Virus record (IMG/VR): IMGVR_UViG_3300037424_000697 | Location: 1 to 52,270 of that record | DNA: 52,270 nt | Origin: a virus | Taxonomy: Duplodnaviria; Caudoviricetes | Strand: one strand, 5' to 3' | Part shown: piece by piece, positions 8,982 through 19,479 of the stretch | How positions within the stretch are numbered: position 1 is the stretch's first letter | Layout: each line of letters opens with the position of its first letter | Translations under genes and position numbers: made by a program | The notes under the pieces: model-generated | The model's input: only the letters and a program-made list of their open reading frames with translations | What the model was told of the DNA's origin: nothing | The model's database searches: none

Positions 8982-10853
8982 ATGTTAAAGATTTCTAAAG
9001 AAGAGTTATCTTGGCTATATATACCGGATAGAATTCCTATTGACCAGGTAGTGAAGAAGATTCGCTTACCTCAAAAAGGGAATATTCTAGGTGAAATTGA
9101 CATGAGTTTAACTCCTTATTTGGAATTACCTTTATCTTTGGTTGGAAATTCAAAAGTTAAATGGATTATAATCATTGCTCCAACTCAATCTGGTAAGACA
9201 GTATTTTTACAAGCTGCTGTTGCAGATAGTATTGATCAAGATCCAGGACCACTTTTGTATTTACTTCCCAATGAAAAAATGGGACGTAAACATATAAAAG
9301 AAAAAGTAATAGGAATGATTGAAGAGACACCCGATTTGGCAGCTCATAAAACAGAGCGTGTACGTGACATCAGCAAATCTGGCATAGAGTTAGATCACAT
9401 GACTATCCATCTTGGATGGGGCGGTTCTCTAGGTTCAGTTTCATCCTTTCCCATGAAAAGAGTTTGTGTGGATGAAGCACGTTTAATGCCGTTAACGGTT
9501 GGCGGTGAATCTAATCCTATTCAATTGGCAGAAGATCGTCTCACAACTTATCTAGATATGGGTATAGGTCAGGGTTATATAGTTTCTTCTCCGTCTATTG
9601 AAGGTGATCTTTTACATCAACAACTTGACCGTAAAAACACTTCAGTGTGGTTTTGGCAAGTACCTTGTCCTGAATGCCGTGAATTTCAACCGTTATCCTT
9701 TAAAGATAACATAAAAAATGGCAAGTGTATATGTAAATACTGCGGAGCAATATTTAGTGATGAAGATAAGAAACGCTCATTTAATGCCGAAGGTAAATAC
9801 GTTCGTCGTATTTTAAATGACGATAATAAATGGGAGCACACAACAGCCGAAGAAAATAGTGATGACTTTTACCCGTTTGAGTTAACGGAAACTATGATTT
9901 TTTGGTGGAATAGCGAGGTATCCCCTTTTAGGTCCTTTGCTCGTATATGGAATAAGCATGAGGATGTAAAAAATAAGTTACATGATTACAAAAACTTTTA
10001 TCAATGTTGGGAAGCTGAATTTTGGGTAGATGATATATCTAAGACATCAGCCGTCAAGTTAAAACAGCAAAAAACTGATTTATATACAAAGGGAGAAGTT
10101 CCTAAGTCTGTTCGTGTTATAACTACAGGTATAGATACACAGGACGATGGATTCTATATTGTTGTACGTGGTTGGGGTTCACGAAAGTTCACATGTGTAA
10201 TTGATGAATATTTTATATCTTGTCCAATGGAAATAGCTACACGTTCAGATGTTATTGATGCCTTTCAGAAAATTGAAGATCATATTTATATCGGTGAAAA
10301 AGATCGTTGGAAATCTTGTCTGACGGCGATAGATACCGGTGGACACAGAACAAAAGAACTTTATGAAGCCATAGCTCATTTTGATAATTTTATAATGGTA
10401 AAGGGAAGAAATTCTCAACACGTTCGCTTTTCATATAATAAAGATTTAAATCTTTACCTAGTCCGTACTTGTGAATATTTGGACGAAACTGAAGAACGTT
10501 CAGAAAGTTCATCTTTTATTTTACCAAGGGATACTGATGATGATTTCTGTATTCAATACTGTAATATACGTAAGGTAAGAGAGACAAATAAAAAAACAGG
10601 TGAACAGAAAATAATTTGGAAGAAAACAGGACAGTGTGACTATCGTATGGCTGATGTACATTCTTTTATATGTCTTGATATACCTACAGATATAGGTGTA
10701 CTTAGGCATAAAATAGAAGAAGAATTTTTTGAATATAATCCATATAAGAAAGCAAAAGAAGTCACACATAATGTACAAAATTCTTCACCTAGTAACACAA
10801 CACACGAAGAGTCATATGATTTATATGATGATAATGGAAAGGACTGGGTTTAA
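8982..10853 (+). CDS. terL: Terminase large subunit, lambda GpA family
   Basis: TPYL, Walker A APTQSGKT, Walker B VDE, SSP coupling motif, CPEC/CKYC zinc motif, nuclease motifs GIDTQ and IDTGG. Confidence 0.92.
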   Translation: MLKISKEELSWLYIPDRIPIDQVVKKIRLPQKGNILGEIDMSLTPYLELPLSLVGNSKVKWIIIIAPTQSGKTVFLQAAVADSIDQDPGPLLYLLPNEKMGRKHIKEKVIGMIEETPDLAAHKTERVRDISKSGIELDHMTIHLGWGGSLGSVSSFPMKRVCVDEARLMPLTVGGESNPIQLAEDRLTTYLDMGIGQGYIVSSPSIEGDLLHQQLDRKNTSVWFWQVPCPECREFQPLSFKDNIKNGKCICKYCGAIFSDEDKKRSFNAEGKYVRRILNDDNKWEHTTAEENSDDFYPFELTETMIFWWNSEVSPFRSFARIWNKHEDVKNKLHDYKNFYQCWEAEFWVDDISKTSAVKLKQQKTDLYTKGEVPKSVRVITTGIDTQDDGFYIVVRGWGSRKFTCVIDEYFISCPMEIATRSDVIDAFQKIEDHIYIGEKDRWKSCLTAIDTGGHRTKELYEAIAHFDNFIMVKGRNSQHVRFSYNKDLNLYLVRTCEYLDETEERSESSSFILPRDTDDDFCIQYCNIRKVRETNKKTGEQKIIWKKTGQCDYRMADVHSFICLDIPTDIGVLRHKIEEEFFEYNPYKKAKEVTHNVQNSSPSNTTHEESYDLYDDNGKDWV

Positions 10854-11084
10854 ATGGCTTGGGAATCTTGGACTAGTTTATACAATAAATGGTTGGATGC
10901 TTTAGCAACAAGGGATATAAATGCATTTTTTCACTCTTCTACTGAAAACTCTAGAGAGATGAGGGTGACATATTCTACTATAAATAACATAGAGTCATTT
11001 ACATCTTGGTTAAAAGCTAAGTCTGATCAAGAACAGTCTGGTGTTGATGATGGTGAATTATTATCTTGTATAGGAGGTTGTTAA
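10854..11084 (+). CDS. Head-tail joining protein (gpW-like position)
   Basis: 76 aa between terL and portal, as for lambda W. Confidence 0.55.
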   Translation: MAWESWTSLYNKWLDALATRDINAFFHSSTENSREMRVTYSTINNIESFTSWLKAKSDQEQSGVDDGELLSCIGGC

Positions 11085-12571
11085 TGTCAACATATTTTAA
11101 GGGAGCAGAACACAACGCCTATAATATTGATTGGATTGTACGCTCTGAAGCTACTCCAGATGAAGAAATGTATGAAGGTGATTCTTTAGTTACGTTGAGA
11201 GAACGTTCACGGCAATTAGTAAAAGATAATCCTCTAGTTGCAGGATTACAACAGATGTATATTAACTTAGTAGGTACACCCAGTGCTGTGAATATAAAAG
11301 CAGCTTCTAGTGAATTTCTTAAAAGACAGGCACAAGAACGTATAGATGAATTCTATATAGATGCGTCCTTTGACAATCTTAATTTTGATGAGTTAATTGA
11401 ACAAATAGTTTCTTGTTGTTTCTTAGAGGGTGACTTATTAATAAGTCTTCCTTTGGATACTAAAAGAGAAGCTGGAAAACAAACTGTAGTTGAATTAATA
11501 GAGGGAAATCGAATTAAGACACCTTCTGATCTTCAAAGAGATAAAAATATCCGTAATGGAGTAAAATATGATTCTGAAGGACGCGTACTAGGTTATTATG
11601 TTAAAAAGTATGATAAAGTAGGTACATACGGAGATAACTCTGGTAGCTTTGATTTTTTTTCTAGAGTAAAGGGTGGTCGTGTTGTAACTCAGTTATTTAA
11701 GGCTCCTTTGAACTCTAGACCAAAGATGTCACGTCAGTATCCCATTATTACTCCTATCATCCCTTTGATAAAACACATGGATGATTACCTAGAGGCAATA
11801 ATAGTGGGTGCTAGAGTCGCTGCTTGTTTCGCAGGTTTTATAACAACTAATAATCCTGCTAAAGCAATGGCTTCAATGACTACTGATGGTGGAGGGTCGA
11901 TAACTGATCCTAAAGATTCGTATAGTGCTCGAAGAGTAACTAAGTTAAAACCTGGGATGTTAAGTTATTTAAAGCCTAATGAGGACATTTCTTTTGCATC
12001 TCCTAACCGGCCTAATGATAATGTTGATGCATTTTTAGTTAGGCTACAACGACTAATTAGTATGTATATCAGAGTTCCATATGAGATAGCTTTTCTCGAT
12101 TTAAGTATAACAAACTATTCATCTTGGCGCGGTGGCGACAACGAAGTAAGAAAGTTAAAACTTCGTTGGAGAGAACGTTTGGATTATTTTATTTCTTGGA
12201 TACAGAATACTGTTCTTCAAGAAGCTTCTATATTTGGAGTAATACGTTCAGGGGAATCTAGGTTAAGTATCAGATGGCCGTCATTCTCTTCTATAGATAC
12301 CTTAAAGGAAAACCGTGCAAATAAAATAGATATAGAGAACGGTACTACCACTCCTCAACGTATTATTGAAGAAAGAGGGGATTCTTATGATGAAATACAA
12401 CAGGAATTAACTGAGTATGCTTTAATGGAAACTGAACGTAAAGCACTTGTACTAAAACGTCAAAAGGAATTAGAAGAAAAATATGGTATAGTTTTTCCTG
12501 TCGAGGGTACAAGTTCTACTAATAATGATGCAAATAATACCACTAATACAGATGGGAATGAAGATGAATAA
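11084..12571 (+). CDS. Portal protein, lambda family
   Basis: LRERSRQLVKDNP, GV.YD.EGRVLGYY, LKPG....LKPNE, NYSSWR motifs; start moved to ATG 11084 (GGAGG RBS). Confidence 0.92.
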   Translation: MSTYFKGAEHNAYNIDWIVRSEATPDEEMYEGDSLVTLRERSRQLVKDNPLVAGLQQMYINLVGTPSAVNIKAASSEFLKRQAQERIDEFYIDASFDNLNFDELIEQIVSCCFLEGDLLISLPLDTKREAGKQTVVELIEGNRIKTPSDLQRDKNIRNGVKYDSEGRVLGYYVKKYDKVGTYGDNSGSFDFFSRVKGGRVVTQLFKAPLNSRPKMSRQYPIITPIIPLIKHMDDYLEAIIVGARVAACFAGFITTNNPAKAMASMTTDGGGSITDPKDSYSARRVTKLKPGMLSYLKPNEDISFASPNRPNDNVDAFLVRLQRLISMYIRVPYEIAFLDLSITNYSSWRGGDNEVRKLKLRWRERLDYFISWIQNTVLQEASIFGVIRSGESRLSIRWPSFSSIDTLKENRANKIDIENGTTTPQRIIEERGDSYDEIQQELTEYALMETERKALVLKRQKELEEKYGIVFPVEGTSSTNNDANNTTNTDGNEDE

Positions 12572-13937
12572 ATTAAGCATATCTACAAGTAGTCTTTTTT
12601 CTACTCCGTGGGCTATACGTCAATCATTTTTAGACTCTACTATTATCAATATTTTAAAAGTTGAGCGTGGTGGAGAATTAATAGTAGAATATAAAAATGA
12701 TATTGAGTACGAGGTTATCAATGGTAAAGCTGTTATTGATGTTCAAGGTATATTTTATAATAAAATGATGCTAGATGCTAATTTTGGTTACACGATTTGC
12801 AACCTAGAGAATTCTCTTTTGGCTGCTGTTGATGACTATTCTGTTGATGAAGTAATACTTAAAGTTGAATCGCCTGGAGGAGTTATTTTTGGTGTATCAG
12901 AGATACACAATCTTATCAAAGAATTAAATAACATCAAACCAATAAATGCCTACGTAAATGGCATGGCTTGCAGTGCTTTATATTGGATACCGTCGGCTTG
13001 TGAAAACATCTATTCTTATACTCAAAGTTGCATAGGTTCTATAGGTGTTTATCAAATGCATGTAGACTATTCTAAGTTTATGGAAGAAGTCGGTATAAAA
13101 GTAGAGTACATAAAAGCTGGTAAGTACAAAACAACTGGAAATCCATATGAATCGTTAAGTGAAGATGCTCGAAAATATTTACAGGAAGGGGTAGATTACT
13201 CTTATGGAGATTTCACAAAAGAAGTAGCCGTTGCCCGCGGTTTAGATTTAAATAAGGTTATTGAGTGGGCAGATGGAAAGGACTTTGAAACAAAGGAGGC
13301 TCTAGGATTAGGTCTTGTAGATGAAATAAGAACTTGGCAGGATGTTCTAGGTAATAATATAAGTAGTGAACCTCAAACAATAAGGAGAAGTGCTATGGCT
13401 ATTGGAGAGAAGAAAATCTCTGAACTTAGTGCAGAGGATCTTCAAAAAAGTAATCCTGATCTTTTTAACTCTATTCATAAAGAAGGAGTTATGGAAGGTC
13501 AGAAAGAGAATCTGAGTAAGTTGGAAACCTTAAAAGCTGAAAATGTTGAGTTTACTAGCCAGCTTAACAAGTACAAAGAGGCTGAAAAGGTTACAGAAGA
13601 CCAGAAAAAAATACGCAATTTTGCAAAATCACTTAATCTTGCAGAAGAAGGTGAAACTCTCATCAACGAAAAAAAGTCTGTTGTTGAAGCTTTTGAGACT
13701 CTTGCTGAAAAAGCAAGTAGCGCAAAGGCCGATGAACAGAAAAGTTTCGTTAATGGGGCACCTAAAGCTGCAGGAAATAGCAGCGACGGTATGGCAGATG
13801 ATACTCCCAAAACAGATGTAGAAGCAGTAAACTACTGTAAGGAGAAGTATAATCTGTCCAAACGTCAAGCATGGAAAAAAGCGCGTGTTGAATTTAGTTC
13901 ACTTTTTGGAAACACTAAAGAGGAGGAGAATGAATAA
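12564..13937 (+). CDS. S49 (SppA-type) prohead protease fused to scaffold
   Basis: ESPGG, ACSALYWI, IGSIGV, AGKYK motifs; charged C-terminal coiled coil; start uncertain (12525-12564). Confidence 0.88.
   Translation: MNKLSISTSSLFSTPWAIRQSFLDSTIINILKVERGGELIVEYKNDIEYEVINGKAVIDVQGIFYNKMMLDANFGYTICNLENSLLAAVDDYSVDEVILKVESPGGVIFGVSEIHNLIKELNNIKPINAYVNGMACSALYWIPSACENIYSYTQSCIGSIGVYQMHVDYSKFMEEVGIKVEYIKAGKYKTTGNPYESLSEDARKYLQEGVDYSYGDFTKEVAVARGLDLNKVIEWADGKDFETKEALGLGLVDEIRTWQDVLGNNISSEPQTIRRSAMAIGEKKISELSAEDLQKSNPDLFNSIHKEGVMEGQKENLSKLETLKAENVEFTSQLNKYKEAEKVTEDQKKIRNFAKSLNLAEEGETLINEKKSVVEAFETLAEKASSAKADEQKSFVNGAPKAAGNSSDGMADDTPKTDVEAVNYCKEKYNLSKRQAWKKARVEFSSLFGNTKEEENE
13395..13937 (+). CDS. 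Nested in-frame scaffolding protein (lambda Nu3-like)
   Basis: TAAGGAG RBS before an in-frame ATG (MAIGEKK) at the protease/coiled-coil boundary. Confidence 0.65.
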   Translation: MAIGEKKISELSAEDLQKSNPDLFNSIHKEGVMEGQKENLSKLETLKAENVEFTSQLNKYKEAEKVTEDQKKIRNFAKSLNLAEEGETLINEKKSVVEAFETLAEKASSAKADEQKSFVNGAPKAAGNSSDGMADDTPKTDVEAVNYCKEKYNLSKRQAWKKARVEFSSLFGNTKEEENE

Positions 13938-14896
13938 TGTCTATTTCTAAGTACACGGGAACTCAGAAATTCCCTAGACAACTAACAGCTGCTTCGCAGC
14001 TTATGGAACGTCGTGTTGTAAAAATAACCGCAGATGTACCTTCATATGCTACATATGGAGATATTGCTCTAGGTTATATTACACAACGCGGAGATGAAAA
14101 TGATTATGAAGTAACGGTAATGCCGCTTGATTTTGTTGACGGTACATTCTTTCTGGATCTTGCAGGAACAGTTGTTGCCAATGCTCCACTTTTTGCAACA
14201 GGAGTTTTGGGCAAGGTAAAAACCTATACTGCAATCGCTGGTGGAGCGACGTACACTGTTAAGAGTCGTTCTCTTGATCTGGCATTGGCTCCTACTTCTG
14301 GTGATACTTATATCATCCCTTTGAATTCTACACAGATAGCTACATGGAATGCGTCTGCGGATATTACTGGAGCTGTTTACGGGGATGTAGTTTACTACGA
14401 TGGCTCAAATTGGGTAGCGGCAGATGACGGTACAACTGTTGCCACTACTGCCGGAAATTGCACACCGGTAGCCGGTGATGTGTATTACGTGGAAGATGAA
14501 GGTATTTTTGTAATCTGGAGTGGTACAGCTTGGGTAGAGGCTCCTGTTCTTGCTTATGCAGGTGATGCAGGTGTTTCTGGTGGGTATATTGCCTGTTACA
14601 CCTATAAAAAAAGTGCTCAGGTGTCTATTGAAAATCTTGATTCTGGAGTACGGTCACCTATTAAAATTGTCTGTATTGGTCAGATCACCATTGCAGATGA
14701 TGCAACGTCTGGTGCTTATCATAACGATCAGGTTCTTTCAACTGATATGGTATTTGTATCAAAAGTAACTACTACCAGTGGTGTATCTATTCCTGTAAAT
14801 GCTGTTGCCACTGCTGATACCGTTACTGTTACATGTACCGATCCCGGAGCAGATGGACTTACTGTGAACATCATGGTCGTTAGGGCCGCATCGTAA
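13937..14896 (+). CDS. Head decoration/cement protein with extra domains
   Basis: Position between scaffold and MCP; internal W/Y-rich segment resembling DUF2793-type modules. Confidence 0.6.
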   Translation: MSISKYTGTQKFPRQLTAASQLMERRVVKITADVPSYATYGDIALGYITQRGDENDYEVTVMPLDFVDGTFFLDLAGTVVANAPLFATGVLGKVKTYTAIAGGATYTVKSRSLDLALAPTSGDTYIIPLNSTQIATWNASADITGAVYGDVVYYDGSNWVAADDGTTVATTAGNCTPVAGDVYYVEDEGIFVIWSGTAWVEAPVLAYAGDAGVSGGYIACYTYKKSAQVSIENLDSGVRSPIKIVCIGQITIADDATSGAYHNDQVLSTDMVFVSKVTTTSGVSIPVNAVATADTVTVTCTDPGADGLTVNIMVVRAAS

Positions 14897-14914
14897 ACAT
14901 TAAAGGAGAATAAA

Positions 14915-15913
14915 ATGAAAAGAAGTTCAAGTGTAACTTTGCGTAACGATCTCGTTACGTTAGTAGAAGAGATCCAATTCGAGGATCTTAACCTAGCTGC
15001 GGAGTCTATAGCACCTACAGTGCCCGTAGCTAAAGAAGCCGGTCGCTATCCTGTTTTGGATAGGGAATCTCGTATGAAGGTTATGGATACTCGTAGAAAG
15101 AATGACGGGTCATTTCCTAAGTCAGAATGGACATGGAGTGATGATTCATACTTGACGTATGAATACGGCTTCGAGGAAGAAATTGATCTGACGGAAGAGA
15201 TGAAAGATGAGGAGTATATCGACCAGGAAGCTGTTTCTGCTGAACTTGCATGGCAGGGTCTGCTTCTAGGTAGGGAATCACGTGTTGCTGAAGCTCTGTA
15301 CAATACCACTACTTTTACTGGAGCTACCAATACCCACGGTATCACCGAGGAGTGGGACGATGCAACTAATGCTACTCCTTGGACAGATGTTGATACTTCT
15401 GCCAAGATTATTAGAGCAAAGTCGGCTATGCCTAAGTCTGTTTTTACTCTGATAACGTCAGAAGATAATATCGAGTATATGATTCTTACTTCCGAGATTA
15501 AGGAGTATTTTAAGTACTCTGGTTCATATGCAGATATGCTTAAATCGGGCATCGCTGTGAAAGCTGCCTTCCTTGCTGGTTACTTTGGTATTAAAAGAGT
15601 GCTGCCTGTTCAGTCTCTTTATGATACTTCTAATCTCGGAAGTTCAGCAAGTATAGGTAAGTTTTGGTCTAATGAGTATGCTATGTTAGGTTATATACCT
15701 CAAGGTACTGTTGGGATGAAAACACAGTGTCTCATTAAGCAGCTTAACTGGTCTAAATATACATCTAACTTTATTATGGAAGACTATGAACTTCCTGAAT
15801 TTAGGAAGATGCGTATTCGTGCAAGAGAACATCGAGGTATTAAAATCAATACTGACTATGGATGTTTGCTGACCAACTGTAAGACTACTGTTGGAGCAAC
15901 GTCTGGTATATAG
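14915..15913 (+). CDS. Major capsid protein (lambda gpE-like)
   Basis: 332 aa, strong RBS, synteny, E.RVA and WDD...ATP..D patterns, followed by a hairpin. Confidence 0.85.
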   Translation: MKRSSSVTLRNDLVTLVEEIQFEDLNLAAESIAPTVPVAKEAGRYPVLDRESRMKVMDTRRKNDGSFPKSEWTWSDDSYLTYEYGFEEEIDLTEEMKDEEYIDQEAVSAELAWQGLLLGRESRVAEALYNTTTFTGATNTHGITEEWDDATNATPWTDVDTSAKIIRAKSAMPKSVFTLITSEDNIEYMILTSEIKEYFKYSGSYADMLKSGIAVKAAFLAGYFGIKRVLPVQSLYDTSNLGSSASIGKFWSNEYAMLGYIPQGTVGMKTQCLIKQLNWSKYTSNFIMEDYELPEFRKMRIRAREHRGIKINTDYGCLLTNCKTTVGATSGI

Positions 15914-15922
15914 TGGAGTGCT

Positions 15923-15954
15923 GAGAGACGTGGAACGCTAACTCCGCGTCTCTC
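15923..15954 (+). terminator. Hairpin after the capsid gene
   Basis: GAGAGACGTGGA-loop-TCCGCGTCTCTC, then an AT-rich tail. Confidence 0.6.
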
Positions 15955-15983
15955 TAAATTTAATTTAATTTAATTGAGGAACT

Positions 15984-16667
15984 ATGACAAAGCCTGTTGC
16001 AGGAATTGAGATAAGTAACTTAAAGCAATTCCAAAAAGGGATTAAAAATATAAATCAAGAATATCGCAAAGAGGTATTTTTAATTTTATCTTTAGCTCTA
16101 GATCACATTAGGCAAGTCGCCGCTGATAAATATATTATATCTAATGTTGTAGGCAAACGTATGTCTCCTTGGAAGATGGCTAAGTTACAACCGTCTAATC
16201 CTACTAGGTTAACTGAGAGAACGGGACGTATGCTAACTATGATGAAACACAATAAAAAGTGGGAAGGTATAAAAGGTACACTTTTGCAGACTACAGCGAC
16301 AGCTGTACAGCGTACTATGGGTTTACGCGGCAGAATCGTTACTCAAAAAGCAGGTAGAAATATAAATGAAGCATACGAAGCAACAATAAGTGCGCTCATA
16401 TCAAGTGGTAATCCGTTCATAGGTAGGGGTTTTGTAGGCGGAGGAAGAATAGTGGCTGTCATAGATGGTAAACCAATAAGGACAGAAGGAAGAAAAGAGA
16501 CTAAAGCAACTTTACGTGCACGTTTTTTACATGAACACGGTGTACGCGGTGCTGTACGCCAATCTTTTACACCTGCTGCCCATGAAGAGGATATTCGTAT
16601 GCAACACTTATTTAATTCACGTTTATCACGTATCTTAAGAGTAAAGGAACAATATGGCCGCACTTGA
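15984..16667 (+). CDS. Basic neck/tail-completion protein
   Basis: Synteny; RTGRM and HEHG...R..F.PA patterns typical of virion morphogenesis proteins. Confidence 0.5.
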   Translation: MTKPVAGIEISNLKQFQKGIKNINQEYRKEVFLILSLALDHIRQVAADKYIISNVVGKRMSPWKMAKLQPSNPTRLTERTGRMLTMMKHNKKWEGIKGTLLQTTATAVQRTMGLRGRIVTQKAGRNINEAYEATISALISSGNPFIGRGFVGGGRIVAVIDGKPIRTEGRKETKATLRARFLHEHGVRGAVRQSFTPAAHEEDIRMQHLFNSRLSRILRVKEQYGRT

Positions 16668-17139
16668 TGAACTTCTTGAAGCTATAGATACTAAGTTGAA
16701 GTTGTGTTCTTTTATAAGCAATGCAGCTAATGTTGTATTTGGAGAAGAACCAGCTATATCTAGTCTGCCTGATGAAAAGTTACCTAGATTAGAGACTCTT
16801 ATAATAAAATTAAAATGTGATGGTTATGTAGATCAAAGAAATTTAAAATGGTCACTGCGTTTAGGTACAGCGGTGTTTTTTAAGACAGATAATGAAAATT
16901 ATACAGCAAATCTGGTAGAAATGAAAACAGCTGTATTGTATGGAAAAGAAATAGCCGATATGTATTTTTCTTTTTTAGATGACAGACAAGCTGGAAATCC
17001 TCCATGTAACGGATTTGAACAGATAGGAGATTACCCCGAGATATTTTTTGAGAAGGAATTAATACCTCACACTATGGCAGCTATAGTTCATACTGAAATA
17101 GAATTACTTTTACCTGACACTGAATTACTTCAACTATAA
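16654..17139 (+). CDS. Putative tail terminator protein
   Basis: Acidic, 161 aa, immediately before the tail tube gene. Confidence 0.5.
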   Translation: MAALDELLEAIDTKLKLCSFISNAANVVFGEEPAISSLPDEKLPRLETLIIKLKCDGYVDQRNLKWSLRLGTAVFFKTDNENYTANLVEMKTAVLYGKEIADMYFSFLDDRQAGNPPCNGFEQIGDYPEIFFEKELIPHTMAAIVHTEIELLLPDTELLQL

Positions 17140-17148
17140 GGAGTTAAG

Positions 17149-18105
17149 ATGGCCACTGTAAAATGTTTAAAAGCAGCAGCAGTACAATTGCAGTCTGGTG
17201 ATACTTTTGAAGAGAACGCTATGTTTTCATTACCCTTTACTGCAGAGGAGATGAATCAAAATTTTGATACAATAGAAGACGAAGCTATTGTAGGAGTTGC
17301 ATTTAAAAATGTACCTGTTCAAGGAAATAGGCATGTTGGTGGTTCTATAGGTATGCAACTTGATGCTATATCTATTGAACCCATACTTGAGACAGCTTTT
17401 GGTACAAATAGTTCAGGAGTATTTAGTTGCAATGGAACAACAAATACAAAAAAGTTGTCAGTTGTTACCCTAGATAGTGTTAATTGTTACCAGTACGCAA
17501 ATGTGTATATGAAATCTCTATCTATAAAAGGCTCTGCTGGAGGAAAATTCACCGTTGATATCGAATTTATTGGAGTAACAGCTGAAAGTCGTCAGGTTGT
17601 AGGTGAATACCCTGCAGCACCTTCAGAGATAGGTACATTTTTTGTATTTAATCATGCGGGAGGCACAGGTTATTTTAGGGTTGGAGATCAAACTGATGCT
17701 TTGGATTCTGGTGATAATGTTCTTATTGATGATTTTGAAATCAGTATGGACTGTGGTTTTGATGAACAGTTCGCTTCTAGCCAGACTACTTTAACTCCTA
17801 TTTTTGGGATGACTCCTCCGCAATTTACTGGCTCCTTTAAAGTTGCACGTCATGAAGATAATACTTTTCTAGATTTCAGAGATAATTCCACTTCTCTACA
17901 AGCAGCGTTGTATATTTACCTAGATGCAACCCATACAATACTTATAGAGATACCTAACTTTAAAGTTAATACTGCTGTATCAGATGATGATCTTCCTCAG
18001 CAAAGTATAACTATGATGATTGGACGTAATGGACTTGGTACATCTTATGCTAATGCTAATATGGCTTTCACGTCGCCCGTAAGGATAACTGTAGTTAACT
18101 CATAA
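17149..18105 (+). CDS. Tail tube protein 1
   Basis: Synteny; beta-rich; LPF..E......IEDEAI...G...VGGSI pattern. Confidence 0.7.
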   Translation: MATVKCLKAAAVQLQSGDTFEENAMFSLPFTAEEMNQNFDTIEDEAIVGVAFKNVPVQGNRHVGGSIGMQLDAISIEPILETAFGTNSSGVFSCNGTTNTKKLSVVTLDSVNCYQYANVYMKSLSIKGSAGGKFTVDIEFIGVTAESRQVVGEYPAAPSEIGTFFVFNHAGGTGYFRVGDQTDALDSGDNVLIDDFEISMDCGFDEQFASSQTTLTPIFGMTPPQFTGSFKVARHEDNTFLDFRDNSTSLQAALYIYLDATHTILIEIPNFKVNTAVSDDDLPQQSITMMIGRNGLGTSYANANMAFTSPVRITVVNS

Positions 18106-18120
18106 ATAAAGGAATATAAA

Positions 18121-19449
18121 ATGGCTTCAGTCAAAGCATTACAAAAAGCAGCTTTTAAACTTGAAAAGGGATTAATAGCAGATCAATCACCGGGATGGGG
18201 GGAAGATGATTCCGAACAAACTCTTAGCACAGGCGATGCCTTTCCTTATCTTAGTTTGGGGAAAGGTAAAACTATTAATACTGTTGAAGATGAAAGCATT
18301 AGCACCAATGGTTTTAAAGATACTCCTAGAAAAACTGGGGAGTTTATCGAAAAGTCACTCGAACATGATGCTTATTTTACTGATGTTAATAATAAGCATT
18401 TTTGGGCTTTTGGTTTTGAAAATAGTATTGTAGAAGAATGTTGTTTTACAGTTACTACCCCTACTATTGAACCAGTCGCTGGTGCTGTGTATGAAGATAC
18501 TGATACTAACTCCTTTACTTTCTTGAGAAGAGAAGTTCACGGTAGCACGGTATACCATGTTTTTAGTTGTGATGATGGAGCAGTACCTACACTGAGTACA
18601 GGAGATCTTACAAAAATAAGCGGTACAGGTGATGCTACTCTTTCTTTTACAGCTAGGTCAAGTTTGATGTATAATCATCTGTACGAGTTGGATGCCCATG
18701 AAAGACATCTATCAGCTTACAGAACAGCTGAACAGATCACCGGTTACTCTTCTGGTGATCTAAAGAATCGTATGGCAACAATTGGTTTGGCACTTGTTAA
18801 TGATATGATATATAAGAATGCTATGTGTTCTAAGTGGGGCATATCAAGTAGTGCTGGGCAAGTAGCTAAGCTAATGTACGATTTTGTTGCACATACCGAA
18901 TTGAGAGGAGACTATTCCTCTTCTGGTTGGACTTTCCCTTCAGGAATTATCACCAATACAAACAGAATGAGCCATGATCAATTTAAAGTTGAGGTAGGAG
19001 AAAGTGAAAGTACATTGGTGACTTTAGGTGTGTCTGATTTTGACGTTAGTGTAGAAATACCTCTCAATAAAATACAAGACACTATAAGCGGTCTGTATTT
19101 ATCTGAACCTGTTTTTGAAGGACAGTATAATCTAGGTTGCAATTTAACTTTATCAAGGCATGCAGCTAATACCTATCAAGATCTTATGGATGCTTGGACA
19201 ACTGTATGTGTGCGCATAAGCGCAATATATGGTTATTATCGTTTTGAGTTACTAATAAATGCTGCAAAGGTAAAATCCCCAGGCGCGTCGGATGATGATG
19301 TCGCCAAGGAGAATCTAGAGCTTATTCCGTATTACACATCAACAAATAATTTCGCTACTTGGTTGGAAGGAAATACTTTAATTCAAAACAGCCCTATAAT
19401 TCTTAGGGTACGTGATTTGTCGTCAACTAATCAAATGTTTGCTAATTAA
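18121..19449 (+). CDS. Tail tube protein 2 (paralog with insertion)
   Basis: MASVKALQKAA vs MATVKCLKAAA; TVEDESI..GFKDTP vs TIEDEAI..AFKNVP; SPIILRV vs SPVRITV. Confidence 0.65.
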   Translation: MASVKALQKAAFKLEKGLIADQSPGWGEDDSEQTLSTGDAFPYLSLGKGKTINTVEDESISTNGFKDTPRKTGEFIEKSLEHDAYFTDVNNKHFWAFGFENSIVEECCFTVTTPTIEPVAGAVYEDTDTNSFTFLRREVHGSTVYHVFSCDDGAVPTLSTGDLTKISGTGDATLSFTARSSLMYNHLYELDAHERHLSAYRTAEQITGYSSGDLKNRMATIGLALVNDMIYKNAMCSKWGISSSAGQVAKLMYDFVAHTELRGDYSSSGWTFPSGIITNTNRMSHDQFKVEVGESESTLVTLGVSDFDVSVEIPLNKIQDTISGLYLSEPVFEGQYNLGCNLTLSRHAANTYQDLMDAWTTVCVRISAIYGYYRFELLINAAKVKSPGASDDDVAKENLELIPYYTSTNNFATWLEGNTLIQNSPIILRVRDLSSTNQMFAN

Positions 19450-19479
19450 TTAATTAAATTAAGTTAAATTGGAGGTATT

